In this document: piece by piece, positions 18,803 through 26,670 of the stretch
How the letters are laid out: each line of letters starts with the position of its first letter
Position numbering within the stretch: position 1 is the stretch's first letter
Virus record (IMG/VR): IMGVR_UViG_3300045988_112440
From: a virus
DNA: 64,000 nt
Strand: one strand, 5' to 3'
The notes under the pieces: model-generated
Database searches by the model: none
Seen by the model: only the letters and a program-made list of their open reading frames with translations
Told to the model about the DNA's origin: nothing
Translations under genes and position numbers: made by a program

Positions 18803-20653
18803 TTAGAAGTCAATGTTAGAAATACAAATCGGCGGAGCAGTCATTGTCTCCACCGCAGACTGGCGCACTTTATCCTTACGACGTAATTCGTATAGACGAT
18901 GAGCAAGTAAAATTGCAACATAGAACCTATCATCGTGAATTTTGTTGGCAACATCGGGTGCCAAAGCATATGTTACGGTCGTATTTTCAGAGTTTGTCGT
19001 TTTCTGAATACTTGTGATCTCGTTCTTCATCAAGTCGATGTTAACCCACGCAGTCTGTTCCTCTAAGGAAAGTTCATGCGTCTTCAAAATTTCTTGACCA
19101 GTTGATTTATCCACACCGTCTACTACCTGAACATAATCTCCGCCGTTGTATTCAAGAGGGAAATGAATGACACCAAGATTCATCAGCTCAATAAATTCCT
19201 CAACCATTGCAGTGCGGAATTTACGAGGACTAATTAGACGTAGCTTATCAACAGCATCTGGGTAACGGGTATCATATCCTTCATATAATTCATGATTTGC
19301 GTCGATAAAACCACGATGTTCTGCACCTGTTTTATCAGTCCAATTGTTAAGTAAACCGTCCGCATATGTGGAAGTACCACCGCCACCAGCGCCTTGGTCA
19401 ATCATCAATCTATCAATGTACTCATAATCAGGATTTTGACCATTGTAATGTAGAATCAACTCATGTAACTGCTCAAGCTGACGATTAGAATCGAGCTTGA
19501 ATTTTTTCTCGTTCGCAAGATCAACCATGTTCACGCAATTTATAATGTCGCCACACATGCCGTTTTCTGGATCGTTATAAATGCGCATAACGCCAACAAT
19601 AGAGTTATCCATTGTGCGGGCAGGATCAAACGCAAGAATATACTGATAGTTCCTATCCCAATAAAGCTGTGGGATATACTTTCGCTCATTGCGACGAACC
19701 GTACCCCATTTGATAATCTGGTTTACGCCACCATCACGGCTTGGTCGATTATAATACTCACGCAATGCCTTCATTTTATTTGACTTTAGAGCTGCATCTA
19801 CCTTGTCTTGTGTCAATAGTGCTTTGTATGGCTTACCCTTCATATAAACTTTGATTGCAACGTCACAAATCATATCACAAACAAAATAATCTCGATCTCC
19901 TGCAATCATGCGCTTTGCAAATTGCTTGTAGTATTTATAAAAAAGCTTGTCCATCGTGTCCTGACTTGAAGCATAAACTAGCTGAGTAGGAACCTGACGA
20001 GGCTGCATTTCAGGATTATAGTCACTGTCAGTGTCAGTGACGAAATCCGTATTCTGTGTTGCAAAAGCTTCACAGACAACAATCAGTTCGTCGGAGCAGA
20101 ATGCCGCCTCATCAAAGAAAATAAGACTAGCTCGCTTGCCACGCACACCATCTGGGTTGGAGTTCAAAGTGTTAATAGAACTACCGTTATAAAACTCAAC
20201 AACATACCCGGCGGGATTATGACTAAAACCACTTTTGTTGGTTGCAGACTTTTTCGTTTCTTTCTCTGCAATATCTTGCAGACTACGGATAGACGCAGCC
20301 GTCTTACCAACACGAGTAACAATTTCCTCGATCTTATTAAATGTCTCTTTTGCCTGATCACCTACATTACTTACAATGTAAATAGACTGGTTCTCATATA
20401 ATATTGCCTTTAGGATAATGAAAACAGAACCTACAAAAGACTTGCCAAAGTTTCGACTACACGCCTAAAGAACATGACTTGCATTCCAGCTTTGTTCCAG
20501 CATATATGCCTGAGCGTCAAATAATTGGATACCCAATAAATCTCTAGCCGCAATAACAGGATTGCGCCGATAGAATGCAATCGTTGCCGCATCACACTCA
20601 TAAATCTTACGTTTTGCGGCTGTAATAATAGGCGCTCTTTGTTTCATCCTCAT
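18803..20653 (-). CDS. terL: terminase large subunit with one in-frame TAG (20465-20467)
   Basis: N-terminal ORF ends ...QSWNASHVL-TAG. The same frame continues ACSRNFGKSF (Walker A) for 100 open codons into the 454-aa ORF (LIFFDEAAF Walker B, nuclease half). No independent start for the downstream part. Confidence 0.8.
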
Positions 20654-21777
20654 ACGGCATCACCATCCGTATCTTTTACACTTGCGTCAACACCGGCATC
20701 TTCCAACAGCTCCTTGAGCCGCTGATTCTCAATCAAAGACAGCCTGTATTTTTCTTTCGCGTCATCACTTTCTTTCTGAAACTTATCAATCAGTTCTCTT
20801 TGTATATCGAAAATTTCCTGCTGGTCATTTTCGTCAAAGAAAGCGTTTTCCTTGATTGCCTTAGAGCTCATATCTGCCGCCCATTGAGTGCCAGGAGACC
20901 GTAACTGATCGTAGAAGTTTGCTTCTGCGCCAGCAATATCCTTTTCACGCATATCCTTCATTAAGAATGTAAGCGTATTACGTCCTGCATCCTTGTTGGA
21001 ACGGTTCTTGACAGAAATCTCATTTTCCTTTGCAATCTTGTCGTTATTAGAAACTAGCTTAACCTTAATGTCATTCAGACTTTTGATTGCCTCAGCCGAG
21101 TTCATCGGGTTTAAGCGGGCAATCTGCAAGTCGATTTGTCGAATCTGATTATTATTGTTCACGACTTGAACAATCTGAGATAGCTTGAATGGGTCGTCCT
21201 CAATACCATCCTCAAAATACTTAATGAGTTCGCTAAATAGATATCGGCGGTCGCTTTCGTTATAACCATCAAATGGATCGTATCCAATAACAGAAATACA
21301 ATCATCCTTGGCTTGAATCTCTGCTTTCGACCACTTTTGTTCCTTCTCTTCCTGTAGATCAAGAGCATTCTTGTTCAGTTCTCCATTTACAAGAGTATTA
21401 GAGAAGGTTTGAAATTGATACTGTCTGCCGTTTAAAACAAGGCGGTTATACGCGCCGGGACGACAAGTTCCAGAATTTGCAACAACCGAATCATAAAGAC
21501 TGTTATAAAACGGAACATCCAAAATGTGGCAAAGCAACATACAAGCCGTTCTATCACTACCAAATCGTCTTGAGAAATCATCAAACATTTCATTTACACA
21601 TTCCTTGCAAACAGGAACGTAATTGTCGTTTGCTTTCCAAAAGCCATATGTATTTTTATAGAAGTGACCAACTGCCACATCATATTCTTTACCACAACGC
21701 AGGCATTTGAATGTCTTCTTGTTCTCGGTTCCTTCAAGAATAACGCCATCCTCAACAACCTTTTTCTTTCTAGGCAA
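20650..21777 (-). CDS. putative terminase small subunit/DNA-packaging protein with N-terminal zinc ribbon
   Basis: Start moved to TTG 21775-21777, 7 nt after a GGAGG RBS; CLRC..CKEC; overlaps the terL start. Confidence 0.45.
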   Translation of the reverse strand: MPRKKKVVEDGVILEGTENKKTFKCLRCGKEYDVAVGHFYKNTYGFWKANDNYVPVCKECVNEMFDDFSRRFGSDRTACMLLCHILDVPFYNSLYDSVVANSGTCRPGAYNRLVLNGRQYQFQTFSNTLVNGELNKNALDLQEEKEQKWSKAEIQAKDDCISVIGYDPFDGYNESDRRYLFSELIKYFEDGIEDDPFKLSQIVQVVNNNNQIRQIDLQIARLNPMNSAEAIKSLNDIKVKLVSNNDKIAKENEISVKNRSNKDAGRNTLTFLMKDMREKDIAGAEANFYDQLRSPGTQWAADMSSKAIKENAFFDENDQQEIFDIQRELIDKFQKESDDAKEKYRLSLIENQRLKELLEDAGVDASVKDTDGDAV

Positions 21778-22166
21778 ACAAACACCTCCATTCAAAATCA
21801 AAATAAAAGCCGTAGAACGTGCGCACATCCTACGGCAAACAAAAGATCCACCCTCATGAGCACCAATAATCTGGGAGGCCGGGTGGATTTAATTCTATAA
21901 AAGACCTGCTATGATACGCATCGTTGAGAGGCTGAACAGGTTCTGTTCAAAATTCGACCTCAGCATTTTGACACCGTAGTGAGCTAAGGTCTTTATCATC
22001 TATTTGGGCTTACGCCCTGCCGACGAATCGGCTGAATTTTGTATTTACGGCCAGCTTTACGCCGACCGTGCCACCTGAAATACACAGGCAGGACTGTTCA
22101 TAAAAGGACCTACCGCCAGAGGGAGTAGAAAACTGGCGATAGGCTTGCGAAAGGGGAGATGTTGGG

Positions 22167-22239
22167 TGCAGGTGCGGGAGTCAGACCCGCCCAAGGCACA
22201 GCTTATGAGGCTGGCTAGTACATCGGCACTATCACCTGC
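22167..22239 (-). other. degenerate tRNA-like element (anticodon-loop CUCAUAA, CAU)
   Basis: 6-7 bp acceptor-like stem GCAGGTG/CACCTGC and a GCGGG/CCCGC arm. T loop is TCTGACT, D loop lacks GG, and spacing is non-canonical. Confidence 0.25.
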
Positions 22240-22345
22240 GACATATGATGCCTAAGTGTCATCTACTACCAAATCGTGTGCACATCACAGGTTTGCCATA
22301 GATCGACTTCGGACTTGCCTCCAACCGCGAATTGGAAGCCATTTT

Positions 22346-22422
22346 TGGCACGCCCAGAGAGACTTCAACTCCCAAGAGGCAGATTTAGAGTCTGCTGTTT
22401 TAAGCAATTAAACTATAGGCGC
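22346..22422 (-). tRNA. suppressor tRNA, anticodon CUA (reads UAG)
   Basis: Hand-folded cloverleaf: acceptor GCGCCUA/UGGGCGU, D stem GUUU/AAAC, anticodon stem GCAGA/UCUGC, loop CU-CUA-AA, 5-nt variable loop, T stem GGGAG/CUCUC, G73, encoded CCA. Confidence 0.85.
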
Positions 22423-22451
22423 ATAAAACCTACCTTTTAGCCGGTGGTAGG
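22423..22451 (-). terminator. hairpin plus U-tract abutting the 5' end of the suppressor tRNA
   Basis: On the - strand: CCTACC-N11-GGTAGG, then TTTTAT, immediately before tRNA position 1. Confidence 0.4.
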
Positions 22452-22486
22452 GAACCGGTATAATATAGGCCCTCCGGGAGAAGGAC

Positions 22487-22578
22487 TGGCGCGGTCTCAG
22501 AGATTCGAACTCTGGCATCGGGTTTACCGACCTAACGGTGTTCAGGACCGTTCTCTTCAACCACTTGAGTAAGACCGC
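22487..22578 (-). tRNA. tRNA-Ser(UGA), type II with long variable arm; unusual C at position 33
   Basis: Acceptor GCGGUCU/AGACCGC, 3-bp D stem, anticodon stem ACGGU/ACCGU, loop CCUGAAC, variable arm with UCGG/CCGA stem, T arm CAGAG-UUCGAAU-CUCUG, G73, CCA encoded. Confidence 0.75.
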
Positions 22579-22773
22579 ACAATAAAACAAGCACTTATCA
22601 AACCATCCGAGCTAGTTGAATTGTTCTCGTGTCGATAAAACGCTTGTTTTAGACTTTTAAAGCTTCGCATTAACGTAGCGAAACACGATTGGCTTGGCAT
22701 TTTGCTTCTCAAAGCTACTCTGCGTCTGACTTTACAGCTTATACACGGTTGCAACCAATGACCGCTTTTGCCA

Positions 22774-22844
22774 TGCCACCTACAGGAATCGAACCCGTAT
22801 GTGAAAAATACAAATTTCCCATTCTACCATTAAATTAAGGCGGC
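22774..22844 (-). tRNA. tRNA-Thr(UGU)
   Basis: Acceptor GCCGCCU/AGGUGGC, D arm AUUU-AAUGGUA-GAAU, anticodon stem GGAAA/UUUUC, loop UU-UGU-AU, T arm ACGGG-UUCGAUU-CCUGU, A73, no encoded CCA. Confidence 0.85.
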
Positions 22845-22966
22845 ACGATAAGCTGGAGCAATCACCCCAGCCCATAGAAAAGGAGACAACAAATGATGTC
22901 CCAAGCAGACCTTGCGGTCGTACTTCTTTTTTAATTACCCACTTAAATTGGTAGGGTTTCACCGTT

Positions 22967-23971
22967 TTAATTCAAACGCACAATATGCGTTTTACTCTCG
23001 ATCAACTTTCCATCCCTGTCCTGATAGACAATAATGAAGCCTTCTCGCTGAGAAGTGGTCAACTTGCCCTCTGCATACTGCATCTTAGAAGACTCACAGC
23101 AACAACCCTGCTCATATACAACAGCTCCGTCACCAATATCGTAATGACCGCACTTGTGAGTGTGAGCGAGAACCACTGCATTGATGTCCTTAAATCCGTT
23201 ATCGCGGAAGTATCTGAATGCCTTCTCAGCAGTCTTCAGTAACCCAGATGAGTAAGTCAGCGGATGCACAAAGACGGTATCACCAATCTGACTAAAATAA
23301 GTATCGTTATAAACAATCTCGATACCAGTACCATTGAACACCTCAATCAAAGGGTCATAATGGACCTTTGTATGAAGTTCCTTGTTATAATGGTTGAAAC
23401 CATCAACAAAAATAAGCTCCAAAGATGTCTTCGGCATCAGTTCAAGTAGGTCGGTGTCCAGATTCTTAGCAAGGTAATTCTGAAAACGCAAGTCATGATT
23501 GCCATAATTGATAACAACCTTCTTGGGCTGAAGCATTTCAATCAGATCAATCATATACTGACGAGCAATCAGGATTTCCTCCATTGGACTTTTACGATAT
23601 ACTTTTAGGAAGCGAGAAATGGAGCTGCAGTCTACCAAATCTCCGTTTACCTGAAGGATATCAATCTTTCCAGCATACTCACTAAAAGTCTCGATGGGCT
23701 TCTGGAATGGAATATGTAGGTCGGAAATAGACAGAATGCCGGTTCCTACATCTCTATTAGATAAGGACTCCTGATACTGCATACCCGCACGGAATGCTTT
23801 AAAACGCTTGCGATATGTGCACTCACCAAAATTCTTACCCAACTCATCATTGAGCACCTTGGATGCGCCATCCCAAGTCAACTCTCTAGCCAGAACAGCA
23901 TTCCCGATTCTTACAAAGAAGTCATCGCTCGTTTCTTCTGGCCGTTTATTATAGCAACCCATTGGCATCAA
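22967..23971 (-). CDS. calcineurin-like metallophosphoesterase
   Basis: 334 aa; ISDLHIPF, VNGDLVD, NYGNHD and VLAHTHKCGH motifs after an N-terminal domain of about 70 aa. Confidence 0.8.
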   Translation of the reverse strand: MMPMGCYNKRPEETSDDFFVRIGNAVLARELTWDGASKVLNDELGKNFGECTYRKRFKAFRAGMQYQESLSNRDVGTGILSISDLHIPFQKPIETFSEYAGKIDILQVNGDLVDCSSISRFLKVYRKSPMEEILIARQYMIDLIEMLQPKKVVINYGNHDLRFQNYLAKNLDTDLLELMPKTSLELIFVDGFNHYNKELHTKVHYDPLIEVFNGTGIEIVYNDTYFSQIGDTVFVHPLTYSSGLLKTAEKAFRYFRDNGFKDINAVVLAHTHKCGHYDIGDGAVVYEQGCCCESSKMQYAEGKLTTSQREGFIIVYQDRDGKLIESKTHIVRLN

Positions 23972-24156
23972 GCTGGGTCGCCCAGCAGCTCATCAGAAGT
24001 GGAAATATTGATGGTGACACCCTCAATACCATCCCACTTTGCCAGAGCTTCCGTCAGATTGAAGACGTTCTCGCCATCCTTGGTGATCTCGGTGATAGTG
24101 CCCTCTGCAGTATCAATAATAGCGTTCTTAAAAACAACACTCTTCTTAGCAACCAT
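23968..24156 (-). CDS. small hypothetical protein (possibly YonK-like)
   Basis: 62 aa, AAGGGAG RBS. The family guess comes from memory of small SPbeta-type proteins only. Confidence 0.55.
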   Translation of the reverse strand: MVAKKSVVFKNAIIDTAEGTITEITKDGENVFNLTEALAKWDGIEGVTINISTSDELLGDPA

Positions 24157-24197
24157 AATTCTATTCTCCCTTATATTTTATTTCAAAATTGAAATAT

Positions 24198-24917
24198 TTA
24201 ACGATTAAACTGAATCATATCAGCCCACGTACTGATCCAGCCACGATGGTTGGTATGCAACTCACAAATTGCAGTTCGGTCATGTCCCCTAAAGTGTTCA
24301 AGATATGGGAGGAAACCACTATTCTGTGGATTCTTATACAAATCGCACTGACCAGTATGTCCGATTACGACAAGCTTGCACGAATCCTTCAGCCTAGTAA
24401 TGACCTTTAAAAGATCACTAAGATAGAAATTCTGCGTTTCATCGAGCAAAATTACCTTTTTATCAAAGGTGATGCCGCGCATATATGTGTGAGTTGCACA
24501 CTGAATATACGCACCATATTTCTGACTTTCAGGATTGTCATCAACAATCATCGCAACATTTGGATTAACGCCAATAGTCTCAAGTGCCTGATAAAGTGGT
24601 TCCATATACGGAGCACTCTTCTGTTCCTGCGTGCCGGGAAGATAGCCTTGCTTCTCTTCCTGTGTAGGAGAAACAATATATGCGATACCATTATATAGTC
24701 CATACTGAACTAACAAATTCGCCACACCGACAGCAATCGTAGTTTTACCAGTACCAGCACGGGCGTTACAGAACACAACATCAATATCGGGATTCCAGAT
24801 TGCGTCCCTAAAGATTTTCTGTTCCGGATCGAGCGTCATTCCATAAAAAGTAGGATATTCATCCAGATTCTGCGGGACATCCTTCTTCTTACGCATTTCA
24901 GTCTTATCAGAAGCCAT
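24198..24917 (-). CDS. phoH: PhoH-like ATPase
   Basis: 239 aa; Walker A ARAGTGKTT; LLDETQN Walker B; typical PhoH length and order. Confidence 0.85.
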   Translation of the reverse strand: MASDKTEMRKKKDVPQNLDEYPTFYGMTLDPEQKIFRDAIWNPDIDVVFCNARAGTGKTTIAVGVANLLVQYGLYNGIAYIVSPTQEEKQGYLPGTQEQKSAPYMEPLYQALETIGVNPNVAMIVDDNPESQKYGAYIQCATHTYMRGITFDKKVILLDETQNFYLSDLLKVITRLKDSCKLVVIGHTGQCDLYKNPQNSGFLPYLEHFRGHDRTAICELHTNHRGWISTWADMIQFNR

Positions 24918-24933
24918 ATATTATAACTCTCCC

Positions 24934-25557
24934 TTAATTGAATTCATCCACATCATCGCAAATCTTATCTACAATGCCAAAGTTGACCTGCTCATTAGCG
25001 TCCAGATACCAATCCTTCGCTTTATTCTTGGTCATAGTCTTCTTATCAATGGTAGAGTGAGCCATAATATACTCACGCATCTTTGCAACCTGCTTCTCGT
25101 AGTAGTCCATAGCCATCTTAGACTGCTCAAAAGTACCCTGCGTACCGCCAGAGCCACTATGAATCAATGCAGTAGAATGAGGCAGAGCAAAGCGCTTCTG
25201 ACCAGACAGCAGCATCACAAGAACAGCGCTCATTGCAATACCTGCGTTGATCGTCCAAACAGGAGTCTTACTCAGCGCAACAACATCAATAAAGCTAAAC
25301 ATCGCATCCAACTCGCCACCATAGCTGTAAATAAACAGCTTAATAGGTTTGCGCTGCTCAATAGGAGTATTCTTGTCGATACGGTTGTATTGAAGAATCT
25401 TTCGCTCAATTTCAATCAGAGACTGGTCAATCTCAAAATCAATAAAAAAGATGCGATCCTTCTCGTCAACGTAGAAGTTCATCATCTCAGGAGAGGGGAG
25501 ACCACCACCATTCATCAGGTTTGTAATCTCCTCGGGCAGCTGAATTTCAAAATCCAA
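24934..25557 (-). CDS. clpP: ClpP-family serine protease
   Basis: 207 aa; GIAMSAV (Ser), ALIHSGSGG (His) and a downstream Asp in ClpP-like spacing. Confidence 0.75.
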   Translation of the reverse strand: MDFEIQLPEEITNLMNGGGLPSPEMMNFYVDEKDRIFFIDFEIDQSLIEIERKILQYNRIDKNTPIEQRKPIKLFIYSYGGELDAMFSFIDVVALSKTPVWTINAGIAMSAVLVMLLSGQKRFALPHSTALIHSGSGGTQGTFEQSKMAMDYYEKQVAKMREYIMAHSTIDKKTMTKNKAKDWYLDANEQVNFGIVDKICDDVDEFN

Positions 25558-25582
25558 AGTCTGTACCTCGTTCTTTCATAAA

Positions 25583-25762
25583 TTAGTCTCGAATGCCGCG
25601 TTTGGCACGCTCAACAATTTCACGAGCTTCAATATTAAACGGAATCAGCTCCAGATAACGAACAGATTCCTCAATAAATCGCTTGTGTCGAGTTTTTGCA
25701 ATGAAAACCTTCGGATAAACCTTACGAATTTCCTTTGCTTCTGCTTTGGTAATCTCAATCAT
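25583..25762 (-). CDS. hypothetical small basic protein (59 aa, below track cutoff)
   Basis: ATG 25760-25762 with an AAGGGTG RBS; MIEITKAEAKEIRKVYPK... Confidence 0.45.
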   Translation of the reverse strand: MIEITKAEAKEIRKVYPKVFIAKTRHKRFIEESVRYLELIPFNIEAREIVERAKRGIRD

Positions 25763-25780
25763 TTAGGTAAAACACCCTTT

Positions 25781-25834
25781 CAAAATAAAATAGGTAGGAA
25801 GAAAACAAGCGTTCTCGCTCGCTCTCTCCCTACC
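25781..25834 (-). terminator. rho-independent terminator after 25915-26670
   Basis: On the - strand: GGTAGGGA...TTCCTACC stem with an inner AGCG-AGAA-CGCT, then TATTTTATTTTG. Confidence 0.55.
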
Positions 25835-25914
25835 ATAACTTTCCGCACTATGTTTTGCTCTATATATGTAAAATTATAACGTATCTACGTTAAAATACTA
25901 CACTTTTTCGCATT

Positions 25915-26670
25915 TCATAAATCAAACATTTTTCTATTTTGTGCGGTTTTCTCAATATTTACGTTTTTAGCGCACTTACGACAGTATTTTTGTCTGCGTC
26001 CGGTGCGAGCAACCATCTTTCCGCAACAATCACACTTGATGTACTCTTTCCCACAATACTGACTCCACAGAATACCAGCATTCTCAAAATCGTCCACAAA
26101 AATCTCATGAGGAGAATCCGGCTCTGCAATCAAAATATGGATGTTCAAGTTGTCAATCTTTTTCAAGCTGGCAAACCCAATAAAGCCAAGATTATGTAAC
26201 TCACAGATCATCTCGTTCTGTTTTTTCTCATTTGCAGATACGTTTGCCATCCTGAAAATATCAGCCGTATCTTCCGTAATCCAGTAGTTGCATTTTTCAT
26301 TAACGGCAATATGGTATTTTGCCAGACACAGCATTGTGAACATCAGGCGTTGCATCTGCTTGCTTTCAAGTGCTTGAATCTTCTCTACCTCAGCCTTTGT
26401 AATGCACACACCATCAAGTTCCACCATAGGACGACCCTTTGCAGAAGCAATTGCTTTATCAATCAGCTCTCTATCTAGAACCTTGTTATACCCTTCAAAA
26501 TGACGCAGCATATACTCGTTAAGCTTTTCTCTTACGTCATCCTTTGAGTATCCCTTATAGAAATAATACTTCGCAATATAATGCAAAACATGCCCCGCTT
26601 TCTTCCAAGGCACATCCTTCTCTAGCCATTCTTCAGCGTAAAGAACTTCATTCAATACAATCATCCGCAT
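25915..26670 (-). CDS. hypothetical protein with C-terminal zinc ribbon (possible RNAP accessory/regulator)
   Basis: 251 aa; CDCCGK..CRKC; overlaps the RNAP-like gene end by 23 nt. Confidence 0.6.
   Translation of the reverse strand: MRMIVLNEVLYAEEWLEKDVPWKKAGHVLHYIAKYYFYKGYSKDDVREKLNEYMLRHFEGYNKVLDRELIDKAIASAKGRPMVELDGVCITKAEVEKIQALESKQMQRLMFTMLCLAKYHIAVNEKCNYWITEDTADIFRMANVSANEKKQNEMICELHNLGFIGFASLKKIDNLNIHILIAEPDSPHEIFVDDFENAGILWSQYCGKEYIKCDCCGKMVARTGRRQKYCRKCAKNVNIEKTAQNRKMFDL

Noticed and set aside
22240-22345. Possible additional tRNA between the tRNA-like relic and the suppressor tRNA
   Set aside because: Only isolated arms can be drawn (for example TCCAA-TTCGCGG-TTGGA and GATG..CATC). 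No acceptor stem with correct spacing could be found.
25057-25581. 174-aa + strand ORF; also + strand ORFs inside 26544-28909
   Set aside because: Antisense to the ClpP-like and RNAP-like genes, which carry recognisable catalytic motifs.
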